Part shown: positions 28,244-37,341 of the stretch, in pieces | Layout: every line of letters starts with the position of its first letter | Position numbering within the stretch: position 1 is the first letter of the stretch | NCBI GenBank assembly: GCA_052087725.1 | Contig: JBQGNO010000002.1 | Coordinates: 1-47,947, forward strand | DNA length: 47,947 nt | From: Janibacter sp. | Lineage (GTDB): Bacteria; Actinomycetota; Actinomycetes; Actinomycetales; Dermatophilaceae | Direction: 5' to 3' | Position numbers and translations under genes: made by a program | Notes under the pieces: model-generated | What the model saw: only the letters and a program-made list of their open reading frames with translations | Database searches by the model: none | What the model was told of the DNA's origin: nothing

Positions 28244-29280
28244 GCTCCCGGCTGCGCGTCGGTGTGGTCGGGGTCGGACTCATGGGTGCCGATCACGTGC
28301 AGCGCCTCGCGACCCGGACCGCCGGGGTCGAGCTCGTGGCGATCGCCGACCCGGACACCGTCCGGACCGAGGCGATCGTCGCCGACCTGGGCACCTACGG
28401 GTACCCGGGGGTGCGGGTCCACGCCGACCCGCTCGACCTCATCGCCGACGAGTCGGTCGAGGCCGTGCTGCTCGCCTCGCCGGGTGGGGTGCACCGGGAG
28501 CAGTTGCTCGCCTGCATCGAGCGCGGCAAGCACGTGCTCTGCGAGAAGCCGCTGACGATGGACAGCGACTCCTCGCTCGAGGTCATCGCCGCCGAACGTG
28601 CCGGTGGCCGGGCGCTGATCCAGGTGGGCTTCATGCGGCGCTTCGACCCGGAGTACGCGCGGCTGAAGCATCTGCTCGACTCCGGTCGGTGGGGGCGCAC
28701 TCTCCTGCTGCACCAGACCCACCGCAACCGGTCCGCCCCCAACCCGGACTTCCGCTCCGAGCACATCGTGCGCGACAGCTTCGTGCACGAGGTCGACTGC
28801 GCCCGATGGCTGCTCGGCGAGGAGATCACCTCCGTGCAGGTGATCAGCCCGACGCCGACATCGCAGGCCCTCGAGGGAGTCGTCGACCCCCAGGTGATGA
28901 TCCTGCGCACCGCCTCCGGTGCCGTCGTGACCAACGAGGTCTTCGTCAACAGCCGCACCGGGTACGAGGTGCGCTGCGAGGCCGTCGCCGAGACCGGCAG
29001 CGCGATCATCGGGCGACCGTCGAGCGGGATCTACACGACTGGTGTGCCTGCTGACGGTCGCGAAGGGGGCTGGGGCGGCCGGATCGTCCCCGACTACCGG
29101 GAGCGCTTCGAGCGGGCCTACGACCTCGAGGTCCAAGCCTGGGTCGATGCCACCCGCCGAGGCGAGGTCGTCGGTCCGACGAGCTGGGACGGCTACGCCT
29201 CGACCGTCGTCTGCTCTGCCGGCATGGAGTCCCTCGCCGACGGCGGGACACCCGTTCCCGTGACCCTTGCATTGCCCTAG
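28240..29280 (+). CDS. iolG: myo-inositol 2-dehydrogenase
   Basis: GVGLMGADH, CEKP, GFMRRFD, VHEVD and GYEVRCE motifs. Confidence 0.88.
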   Translation: MSSRLRVGVVGVGLMGADHVQRLATRTAGVELVAIADPDTVRTEAIVADLGTYGYPGVRVHADPLDLIADESVEAVLLASPGGVHREQLLACIERGKHVLCEKPLTMDSDSSLEVIAAERAGGRALIQVGFMRRFDPEYARLKHLLDSGRWGRTLLLHQTHRNRSAPNPDFRSEHIVRDSFVHEVDCARWLLGEEITSVQVISPTPTSQALEGVVDPQVMILRTASGAVVTNEVFVNSRTGYEVRCEAVAETGSAIIGRPSSGIYTTGVPADGREGGWGGRIVPDYRERFERAYDLEVQAWVDATRRGEVVGPTSWDGYASTVVCSAGMESLADGGTPVPVTLALP

Positions 29281-29340
29281 GGCAATGCAATCTCTCCCGT
29301 GCCCAGCCCCGGCCAACCGTGCATTGCCCTAGGGCAATGC
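29267..29340. repeat. Pair of GCATTGCCCTAGGGCAATGC palindromes
   Basis: A 24-bp perfect palindrome at 29267-29290 containing the iolG TAG stop, and a 20-bp one at 29321-29340. Confidence 0.9.
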
Positions 29341-29359
29341 GAATGTCCGGCCTGTTCGT

Positions 29360-29381
29360 TGTTAATATGTCCTAACAAACC
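29360..29381 (+). promoter_or_regulatory. iolA promoter with a second putative GntR operator
   Basis: TGT-TAATAT extended -10 box overlapping TATGTCCTAACAAACC (29366-29381), which is 15/16 identical to 18207-18222. Confidence 0.7.
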
Positions 29382-29400
29382 CTCGTCCAAGGAGTAGCCC

Positions 29401-30897
29401 ATGCCCACCCCCACCCGGATCACCCACCTCGTCGGCCACTCGTCGTGGGAGGGGACGGCCGCGCGGACGTCCGAGGTCTTCAACCCCGCCACGGGCGAGG
29501 TCATCGGCGCGCTCGACCTCGCGAGCGCCGAGCTCGTCGGCGAGGTCGTCGCGGGTGCTCGGGAGGCGGCGCGCGAGTGGGCGCACGTCTCCCTGGCCAA
29601 GCGGGTGCGCATCCTCTTCGCCTTCCGCCAGCTCCTCGAGGAGCGCAAGGGGGAGATCGCCAAGGCCATCACTGCCGAGCACGGCAAGACCTATGACGAC
29701 GCCGTCGCCGAGATCTCACGCGGCCAGGAGGTCGTCGAGTTCGCCTGCGGCATCCCGCACCTGGTCAAGGGTGGCTTCTCGGAGAATGTCTCGACGGACA
29801 TCGACGCCTACTCGATCCTGCAGCCGCTCGGCGTCGTCGGGGTCATCTCGCCCTTCAACTTCCCGGCCATGGTGCCGCTGTGGTTCGTGCCGATGGCGGT
29901 GGCCACGGGCAATGCCGTGATCATCAAGCCGAGCGAGAAGGACCCGACCGCGGTCAACCTCATCGCCGACCTGTGGCGCGAGGCCGGCCTGCCCGATGGC
30001 GTGATGAATGTCGTCCACGGGGACAAGGAGGCCGTCGACGCGCTGCTCGACCACGACGACGTCAAGGCGATCTCCTTCGTCGGGTCGACGCCGATCGCCC
30101 GCCATGTCTACGAGCGGGGTGTCGCGAACGGCAAGCGGGTGCAGGCCCTCGGCGGCGCGAAGAACCACATGCTCGTCCTGCCCGACGCCGACCTCGACCT
30201 CGCGGCCGATGCCGCGGTCTCGGCCGGCTACGGCGCCGCCGGCGAGCGCTGCATGGCGATCTCGGTCGTGCTCGCCACCGAGGCGATCGCCGACGAGCTC
30301 GTCGCGAAGGTCGTCGAGCGGACGAGGACGCTGCGCACCGGTGACGGGATGGGCGAGTCCGACATGGGTCCGCTCGTGACGCAGGCGCACCTGGACAAGG
30401 TCACCGGCTATGTCGAGGAGGGGGCGGCCGCCGGCGCGGAGCTGGTCATCGACGGGCGCGAGGGGGCAGCGGACCTCGGGCCGGGCTTCTTCCTCCAGCC
30501 GACGCTCTTCGACAAGGTCACCCCGGACATGTCGATCTACACCGACGAGATCTTCGGCCCGGTGCTCTGCGTCGTGCGGGTGGACTCCTACGACGAGGGG
30601 TTGGCACTGATCAACGACAACCCCTTCGGCAACGGGACGACGATCTTCACCAACGACGGCGGCGCCGCGCGGCGCTTCCAGCACGAGGTCGAGGTCGGCA
30701 TGGTCGGCATCAACGTGCCGATCCCGACGCCGATGTCGTACTACTCCTTCGGTGGGTGGAAGAACTCCCTCTTCGGTGACACGCACGCCCACGGCATCGA
30801 GGGTGTGCACTTCTTCACCCGCACCAAGGCGGTCACCCAGCGGTGGCTCGACCCGAGCCATGGTGGGCTGGACCTCGGGTTCCCGCAGAACGACTGA
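29401..30897 (+). CDS. iolA: CoA-acylating (methyl)malonate-semialdehyde dehydrogenase
   Basis: PFNFPAMVP, KPSEKDP, GGAKNH, GERCMA and EIFGPV motifs. Confidence 0.95.
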   Translation: MPTPTRITHLVGHSSWEGTAARTSEVFNPATGEVIGALDLASAELVGEVVAGAREAAREWAHVSLAKRVRILFAFRQLLEERKGEIAKAITAEHGKTYDDAVAEISRGQEVVEFACGIPHLVKGGFSENVSTDIDAYSILQPLGVVGVISPFNFPAMVPLWFVPMAVATGNAVIIKPSEKDPTAVNLIADLWREAGLPDGVMNVVHGDKEAVDALLDHDDVKAISFVGSTPIARHVYERGVANGKRVQALGGAKNHMLVLPDADLDLAADAAVSAGYGAAGERCMAISVVLATEAIADELVAKVVERTRTLRTGDGMGESDMGPLVTQAHLDKVTGYVEEGAAAGAELVIDGREGAADLGPGFFLQPTLFDKVTPDMSIYTDEIFGPVLCVVRVDSYDEGLALINDNPFGNGTTIFTNDGGAARRFQHEVEVGMVGINVPIPTPMSYYSFGGWKNSLFGDTHAHGIEGVHFFTRTKAVTQRWLDPSHGGLDLGFPQND

Positions 30898-30982
30898 CGA
30901 GAGCGCGAGCATCGAGCGAGCGCCAGCGAGCGAGGAGCGCAGCGCCGAGGAAGTCGTTCAGAGGGCGCAGAACGACTGACGA
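30884..30982. repeat. 65-bp GCGA-rich insert flanked by 17-bp direct repeats of the iolA 3' end
   Basis: CGCAGAACGACTGACGA at 30884-30900 and 30966-30982. Confidence 0.8.
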
Positions 30983-31034
30983 AGGCGGCGGGTCCCACGT
31001 TCCGCGTGGGCGCATCGAGCGGGGAGCTGCACCT

Positions 31035-31137
31035 CGGTGGTTGAGGTGCGAGGAGCCCTGGCGACGAGCCTCGAAACCACTCTGCCGCACGGGGCTTCGA
31101 GGCTCGGCCGGGGGCGGCCTTCGCGCCTCAGCCAGCG
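31035..31137. repeat. REP-like doublet; the second copy supplies the hydrolase stop codon
   Basis: Inverted copy at 31035-31080 and direct copy at 31091-31137. Confidence 0.8.
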
Positions 31138-31943
31138 TCGACGTGCTCGTGGACGAAGGCGAGCACGTCGTCGAGGACCTCTTCGCGGGTGGTCTCGTTG
31201 AAGATCTCGTGGCGGGCTCCGGGGTAGGACTTCGCCGGGGCGCCCTCGGGTCCGATCGTGGCCCAACCCTCGCGGCTCGGCTCGATCGGCACGATCTCGT
31301 CGGCCTCGCCGTGGAGCCAGATCGTCGGGACGGCGAGGCGACCACCGCGGTTGATCGTCTCGAGCGTCGTGGCGATCGCCCGCAGTGTCGGTCGCTTGAA
31401 GTCGCCGTGCCACACCAGCTCGTCCTGCTCGTAGGCGATGCCCACGTCCTCCTCGCGGCTGAGGGCGCTGATGTCGATGGGTGTCGAGGGGATCACGTCG
31501 AGCTCAGCCATCCCGGTCGGCTCCCACGACCCGAGGACGGGCCCCGAGAGCACGGTCGCGGTGAGCGGCTCCGGGTGGCGCTGCGTGTAACGGGCGGCGA
31601 TCATCCCGCCCAGCGAGTGGCCGATGAGGACGAGCGGCAGGTCGGGGTGCTCCTCGTGGGCGCGCTGCACGAGCAGATGGAGGTCGTCGACGACCTGCTC
31701 GAAGTCCTCGACGAGGACACGCTCGCCCTCGCTGCGGCCGTGCCCGACGTGGTCGTGCGCGTAGACCACCGCCCCGTCGGAGGTCAGCCGGTCGGCGACC
31801 CACTGGTAGCGGCCGATGTGCTCGCCGTAGCCGTGGGCGATGACGGCGACCCAGCTCGGGGGGCCGGGCGGGCTCCACAGGGAGCCGATGAGCAGGCCGG
31901 CGTGGCCCTGGGTCTCGATGTCCTCGGGTGGGATGGAGCTCAC
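31128..31943 (-). CDS. Alpha/beta hydrolase (monoglyceride lipase/lysophospholipase family)
   Basis: HGYGEH, DHVGHGRS, GHSLGG and ARHEIFNE motifs; GAGGAGGA RBS before the GTG. Confidence 0.92.
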   Translation of the reverse strand: MSSIPPEDIETQGHAGLLIGSLWSPPGPPSWVAVIAHGYGEHIGRYQWVADRLTSDGAVVYAHDHVGHGRSEGERVLVEDFEQVVDDLHLLVQRAHEEHPDLPLVLIGHSLGGMIAARYTQRHPEPLTATVLSGPVLGSWEPTGMAELDVIPSTPIDISALSREEDVGIAYEQDELVWHGDFKRPTLRAIATTLETINRGGRLAVPTIWLHGEADEIVPIEPSREGWATIGPEGAPAKSYPGARHEIFNETTREEVLDDVLAFVHEHVDAG

Positions 31944-32083
31944 GGGGTCCTCCTCGTGACGTCGGGGTCGTGGCCAGTCTGTCAGCGCAGGAGGGGCGCG
32001 CAGGGGGAGAGCCATGAGGCGGACGGGAACATTCCGGCGCCGCGGACGTTGGACGGACGGCCACCCGTCGACCAGGAGGATCC

Positions 32084-34201
32084 TTGACCGGACCGGACAC
32101 CGACCAGATCGCAGGACAGGGTGCTCTCGAGGAGGAGCAGGCCGCACTCGACCTCGCCCACGAGCGGCGCCACGCGCTCATCGAGGAGCTCACCCGCAGG
32201 GTCGCGACCACGGCCGACGAAGGATCGGTGGCGGCGGCCGCCCTTCGCTCCACCAGCGCCAAGCTGGCCGAGCTCCAGCACGCCGAGGAAGGACTCGTCT
32301 TCGGCCGCCTCGACGCCTCCGACGGTGGCGTCCACCGCATCGGGCGGCTCGGTCTGCCCGCGGAGGATGATGACGTCGACCCCCTGGTCATCGACTGGCG
32401 GGCCGCAGCCGCGCGCCCCTTCTACACCGCGACCGCGATCGAGCCCCAGGGGCAGGCCCGGAGGCGGCACATCCGCACCGACGGGCCGGTCGTCACCGGG
32501 GTCGATGACGACGTCCTCGACGGGTCCGTCGACGGCGAGCTCGTCGGGGAGGGAGCGCTCCTCGCCGCACTGGACGAGCGCCGTACCGGTCGGATGGGCA
32601 CGGCCGTGGCGACGCTGCAGCGCGAGCAGGACGACATCGTGCGCGCGGACTCCCGGGGCGCCCTCGTCGTGCAGGGCGGGCCGGGCACCGGCAAGACCGT
32701 CGTCGCCCTCCACCGGGTCGCCTACCTCCTCTTCGCCCGGCCCCAGCTGGCCCGCGCGGGCGTGCTGGTGCTCGGCCCCTCGCAGCGATTCCTCGACTAC
32801 ATCGGCCAGGTGCTCCCGGCGCTCGGCGAGACCGCGGTCGTGTCAGCCACCTGCGACACGCTGGTGCCCGGCGCACACGTCGAGCGAAGGGAGGACCGTC
32901 ACCTCGCCGAGATCAAGGGGCGGTCGCTGTGGCAGGACGCGCTGGTGCAGCACGTCGCAGACCGCGTGCCCGCGCCCGAGGACCTCACGCTCGTGTGGGA
33001 CGAGGAGGAGTACGTCGTCCCCCGGTCGAGCGTGGAGCGCCTGCAGCGGGGCGCCCTCTCCGGGCGGGGGTACCACGAGGCCCGCCGGGTCTTCACCGAT
33101 CACCTCGTCGACGTGCTCACCGGACTCGTCGTGGACCGGGCCTCCGAGCTGCTCGCTGCGACCGAGGAAGGCCTGGAGGACATCCTCGGGAAGGTCGACG
33201 CGAGTCTCGAGTCCGGGGACGACCGCGGGGTGCGCACGCAGGACTCGGGCGGTGCGGTCGACGGCGAGCTGAGCGAGGACGAGGTCGAGGCGGTGCGCGC
33301 ACGCATCCGGACCGACCCGATGCTCACCTCACGGGTCGGCCAGTGGTGGCCGGACCTCGATCCGGCCGTCGAGCTGCGCGGGCTCCTCGGCGACGACAGC
33401 GCCCTCGCGACGGCGGCCCCCGACCTCAGCGTCCGGGAGCGTGGCCTCGTCACGGGCGAGCCGTCCGGGTGGGCCTCGAGCGACATCGCTCTCCTCGACG
33501 CGATGAGCGACCTGCTCGGGTCGTCCGGCGAGAAGCGGGCCCAGGGCGACTTCGTCGCGGATCGCGCTGCGGCGCAGCGTGACTGGGTCTACGGGCATGT
33601 GGTCGTCGACGAGGCCCAGGAGCTGTCCGCGATGGAGTGGCAGATGGTCGCCCGCCGCACCCCCGCCTTCTCCATCACCGCCGTCGGCGACATCGACCAG
33701 ACCGAGGCGCCGCATGCCCACCACACCTGGACCGAAGCGGTCGGCGATGTCCTCACCGAGCGGTGGCGCCAGGCGGACCTGACGATCTGCTACCGGACCC
33801 CACTCGAGGTCATGGAGCTCACGGCGCCGGTGCTGGCGGCCGCGGGCAGCAGCAACGAACCACCACGAGCGGTGCGCAGCAGCGGGATCGACCCGTGGAC
33901 CCGGTCGGTGACCCCTGACGATCTCGGGGAGGCGGTCCGTGAGGAGCACGCCGCGCTGGAAGCCCGCTGGGAGGGCGGCTCGGTCGGAGTCATCACGCCC
34001 GCTGCCCGGCTCGACGACGTGGCAGCGGCGCTCGGTGGCGGCGCGACGGTCGTCTCACCGACCGGGGCCAAGGGCCTGGAGTGGGACGCGACCCTGCTCG
34101 TCGACCCCGACGGGGTCGTGGCCGAGCCGCGCGGCCACAACGGCCTGTACGTCTCCCTGACCCGGTGCACACAGGAGCTGGGCCGGCTGGTGCTCACGTG
34201 A
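32084..34201 (+). CDS. helD: HelD-family RNA-polymerase-associated SF1 helicase-like ATPase
   Basis: FGRLD, IDWRA, VATLQREQD, QGGPGTGKT, VVVDEAQE, AKGLEWD and LYVSLTR motifs; TTG start after AGGAGG. Confidence 0.88.
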   Translation: MTGPDTDQIAGQGALEEEQAALDLAHERRHALIEELTRRVATTADEGSVAAAALRSTSAKLAELQHAEEGLVFGRLDASDGGVHRIGRLGLPAEDDDVDPLVIDWRAAAARPFYTATAIEPQGQARRRHIRTDGPVVTGVDDDVLDGSVDGELVGEGALLAALDERRTGRMGTAVATLQREQDDIVRADSRGALVVQGGPGTGKTVVALHRVAYLLFARPQLARAGVLVLGPSQRFLDYIGQVLPALGETAVVSATCDTLVPGAHVERREDRHLAEIKGRSLWQDALVQHVADRVPAPEDLTLVWDEEEYVVPRSSVERLQRGALSGRGYHEARRVFTDHLVDVLTGLVVDRASELLAATEEGLEDILGKVDASLESGDDRGVRTQDSGGAVDGELSEDEVEAVRARIRTDPMLTSRVGQWWPDLDPAVELRGLLGDDSALATAAPDLSVRERGLVTGEPSGWASSDIALLDAMSDLLGSSGEKRAQGDFVADRAAAQRDWVYGHVVVDEAQELSAMEWQMVARRTPAFSITAVGDIDQTEAPHAHHTWTEAVGDVLTERWRQADLTICYRTPLEVMELTAPVLAAAGSSNEPPRAVRSSGIDPWTRSVTPDDLGEAVREEHAALEARWEGGSVGVITPAARLDDVAAALGGGATVVSPTGAKGLEWDATLLVDPDGVVAEPRGHNGLYVSLTRCTQELGRLVLT

Positions 34202-34232
34202 GTCGTCACCGCGGCTGTGCGAGGCTCGGGGC

Positions 34233-35474
34233 ATGACGCAGACGGACACGCTGCCGGGCGCGACCAGCGCCGATCGGATCGTCGTCGTGGGCGCCGGCGA
34301 GTGCGGCACCCGGGCGGCGATGGCCCTGCGCGAGCGGGGCTTCGACGGGTCGATCACGCTCATCGGGCGGGAGGACGTGCACGCCTACGAGCGGCCCCCG
34401 CTGTCCAAGGCCTCGTTGGCCGCTGACGATGCGGCGCTCGTCCACCCGTGGACGCCGGAGCAGCTCGCGGAGGCGGGGGTCTCCCTTCGCCTCGGGACGG
34501 ACGTCACCGCCATCGACCGGGAGAAGCGGACCGTCGAGACCGGTGACGGGCCGGTCCCGTACGACCGGCTGCTCCTCGCGACGGGGGCGCATCCGCGCCG
34601 GCTCGACCTCGAGCCCGTGCACTACCTGCGCACGCACGAGGACGCTGCCGCGCTACGGGCGCTCGTGCGCCCGGATGGGCGGATGCTCGTCATCGGTGCC
34701 GGCTTCATCGGGCTCGAGATCGCCGCGGCGGCCCGGGACCGGGGGATGGAGGTCGTCGTCGTGGAGGCGGCCGACCGGGTGCTCTCCCGGATGGTCCCGG
34801 CCGTCATCGCCGAGCGGGTCGTCGCCCTGCACGCCGATCACGGGGTGCCGATCCGCACCTCGACGACCGTCACCGGCGTCCACGACGAAGGGGGTCAGGT
34901 GCGCGCCGTCCTCTCCGACGGCGAGGAGCTCGTGGTCGACGCGGCAGTTGCCGGGGTGGGTGCCGCGCCGTCCACCGAGCTCGCCTCTGCCGCAGGCTTG
35001 CTCGTCGAGGACGGGGTCGTCGTGGACGAGCAGCTGCGCACGAGCGACCCCCACATCTGGGCCGCGGGAGACTGCGCGACCTTCCCCGACCCGCGCTCGG
35101 GTCGGCGGGTGCGCGTCGAGTCCTGGCGCAATGCCCACGACCAGGCGGTGACGGTGGCCGCGGCGATGACCGGAGGCGGGGAGCCGCACGCGGCGGTGCC
35201 GTGGTTCTGGTCCGACCAGTACGACCAGATGCTCCAGATGGCCGGCCTGCCCGGCACCGGTGTGCGGGAGGTTCTCCGGGAGCGGGAGGACGGCTCGCTG
35301 ATGCACTTCGAGCTCGACTCCGAGGGGCGTCTCCTGAGCGCGACCTCGCTCGGCCGGGGGCCGATCGTCGCCAAGGACATCCGGGTCGTCGAGCAGCTCA
35401 TCGCGGCGGGTGCGACGCCCGACCCGGAGGCACTCGCGGACCCCGACGTGAGACTGCGCTCGCTGCTGGGGTGA
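34233..35474 (+). CDS. NAD(P)H-ferredoxin reductase (MocF/HcaD-like)
   Basis: GAGECG, YERPPLSK, GAGFIGLE, WAAGD and PWFWSDQY motifs. Confidence 0.9.
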   Translation: MTQTDTLPGATSADRIVVVGAGECGTRAAMALRERGFDGSITLIGREDVHAYERPPLSKASLAADDAALVHPWTPEQLAEAGVSLRLGTDVTAIDREKRTVETGDGPVPYDRLLLATGAHPRRLDLEPVHYLRTHEDAAALRALVRPDGRMLVIGAGFIGLEIAAAARDRGMEVVVVEAADRVLSRMVPAVIAERVVALHADHGVPIRTSTTVTGVHDEGGQVRAVLSDGEELVVDAAVAGVGAAPSTELASAAGLLVEDGVVVDEQLRTSDPHIWAAGDCATFPDPRSGRRVRVESWRNAHDQAVTVAAAMTGGGEPHAAVPWFWSDQYDQMLQMAGLPGTGVREVLREREDGSLMHFELDSEGRLLSATSLGRGPIVAKDIRVVEQLIAAGATPDPEALADPDVRLRSLLG

Positions 35475-35475
35475 G

Positions 35476-35533
35476 GACGCAGATATCGACCCGGGACCCG
35501 GATATTTCCGGGGCCCGTGTCGATATCTGCGTC
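35476..35533. terminator. Long hairpin between convergent genes
   Basis: GACGCAGATATCGAC...GTCGATATCTGCGTC, with further pairing inside. Confidence 0.7.
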
Positions 35534-36557
35534 AGGCGCCCGCCGCCTCGCGAACCTCGGCGATGGTCACCGGGCGATGCTGCGCGGCCGAGAGGGTGGC
35601 CGCCTCGGCGGTCCACGCCGTGCCCATCGCGTCCTCGACGGTGCACGGGTTGTCGATCTCGCCCGCGGCGACCCGGGTGAAGCTCGCCAGCTCGAGACGG
35701 AAGGCCTCCGCGAGCCGGTCCATGAAGAATCCGTGCGCGGGCCCGGCAGGCCACGTGGCGCCGGGGTGCGTCGAGCGAAGGGGGAGCCCCTCGTCGAGTC
35801 CTGCGGCCACCGCGTCCTGCACGCCGTGCACCTCGAGCCGCACGTCATAGCCACGGGCATTGGTGCGGGTGTTGGAGACGACGCCGATCGTGCCGTCGGA
35901 GAGGGTGAGCAGCACCGAGGCGGTGGAGTGGTCGCCGTGGTCGGCGTACATCTGCGCGGGGGCGTCGGGGTCGACCGAGCCGAGAGCATAGACCTCGACG
36001 ACCTCCTGGCCGGTGACCCAACGGACCGCATCGAAGTCGTGCACCGAGCAGTCTCGGAAGAGCCCTCCACTCACCGCGAGGTAGGCGGCCGGCGGGGGAG
36101 CCGGGTCGAGCGTCGTCGAGCGGACCGTCGTCACCCGACCGAGCTCACCGGCACGCACCGCGTCCCGGGCGGCGACGAAGGCGGGGTCGAAGCGACGCGG
36201 GTAGCCGATCTGCACCGGGACGTCACTGCCGGCCACCGCGGCCTGCACGGCGAGCGACTCGGCGATGGTCCCGGCGACGGGCTTCTCGCAGAAGGTGGGG
36301 ACCCCCTTCGCCACCGCCGCCCGGATGAGGTCGGCGTGCGCATTGGTGGCCGCCGCGATGACGACGCCGTCGACCCCGGAGTCGAGCAGGGCAGCCGGGT
36401 CGGCGATCGCGCGGGCCTTGCCGATGCGGCCGGTGACCGACTCCACGGCAGCGGTCACCGGGTCGGTGACGATGAGTTCCTCGACGGAGTCGAGCGCGGC
36501 GAGGGTGTCGGCGTGGAAGGCGCCGATGCGGCCGAGGCCGATGAGTCCGATACGCAT
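35532..36557 (-). CDS. Gfo/Idh/MocA oxidoreductase, close paralog of 18299..19321
   Basis: MRIGLIGLGRIGAFHA, CEKP and SGGLFRDCSVHDFD motifs. Confidence 0.9.
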   Translation of the reverse strand: MRIGLIGLGRIGAFHADTLAALDSVEELIVTDPVTAAVESVTGRIGKARAIADPAALLDSGVDGVVIAAATNAHADLIRAAVAKGVPTFCEKPVAGTIAESLAVQAAVAGSDVPVQIGYPRRFDPAFVAARDAVRAGELGRVTTVRSTTLDPAPPPAAYLAVSGGLFRDCSVHDFDAVRWVTGQEVVEVYALGSVDPDAPAQMYADHGDHSTASVLLTLSDGTIGVVSNTRTNARGYDVRLEVHGVQDAVAAGLDEGLPLRSTHPGATWPAGPAHGFFMDRLAEAFRLELASFTRVAAGEIDNPCTVEDAMGTAWTAEAATLSAAQHRPVTIAEVREAAGA

Positions 36558-36558
36558 G

Positions 36559-37329
36559 TCAGTCCTGTCCTCCGATGACCTGCTGGTCCCAGTCGATGAC
36601 GGAGCCGGTGACGACTCCGGAGCGGTCCGAGAGCAGGAAGACGACCGCGTCCGCGATCTCGTCGACCTGCCCGAGCTTGCCCATGGGCAGCTTCGCATTG
36701 GCCTGCTCGACCCAGTCGTCGCCCGCACCGTGGAACCGGCGCTGGGTGGCGTCCTCACCCTCGGTCTGGGTCCACCCGATGTTCAGGGCATTGACGCGGA
36801 TGCGGTCGAAGCGGTGCGCGTGGGCGACATTCTTCGTCAGCCCGAGGACTCCGGACTTCGCGGCGACGTAGGGCGCGAGGAAGGGCTGTCCGCCCTGGGC
36901 GCTGATGCTCGCGATGTTGACGATCGTGCCCGGTGCCTTGCGCCCGGTCATGTCCGCGATCGCCGCCTGCATGGTGAAGAAGGGGCCGCGCAGGTTGGTC
37001 GCGATGTGCTGGTCGAAGAGCTCGGGTGTCGTGTCGAGGATCGAGCCGCGATCGGTCAGCCCGGCGCAGTTGACGAGGCAGTCGACGCGACTGTGACGCC
37101 GGATCGCCTCTGCCACAACCCCCTTCGCGTCCTCGGGATCGGCGACATCGCCGGTGACGGCGCTCGCGCGCTCGCCGAGCTCGTCGGCCAGCGCCCGACC
37201 GGGCTCGGGTCGGCGTCCGCTGACGACGACGGTGGCTCCCTCGCGGACGGCGGCGCGGGCGATGCTCGCACCGACTCCCGAGGTGCCACCGACGACGAGG
37301 ACGACCTTGTCGGTGAGTAGTGCGTCCAT
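36559..37329 (-). CDS. SDR family oxidoreductase
   Basis: GGTSGVG, NCAG and YVAAK motifs. Confidence 0.93.
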   Translation of the reverse strand: MDALLTDKVVLVVGGTSGVGASIARAAVREGATVVVSGRRPEPGRALADELGERASAVTGDVADPEDAKGVVAEAIRRHSRVDCLVNCAGLTDRGSILDTTPELFDQHIATNLRGPFFTMQAAIADMTGRKAPGTIVNIASISAQGGQPFLAPYVAAKSGVLGLTKNVAHAHRFDRIRVNALNIGWTQTEGEDATQRRFHGAGDDWVEQANAKLPMGKLGQVDEIADAVVFLLSDRSGVVTGSVIDWDQQVIGGQD

Positions 37330-37341
37330 GGGCGGACTCCT

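Noticed and set aside
31944-32083. Rifamycin-associated element upstream of the HelD-like gene
   Set aside because: No matching inverted repeat was seen.
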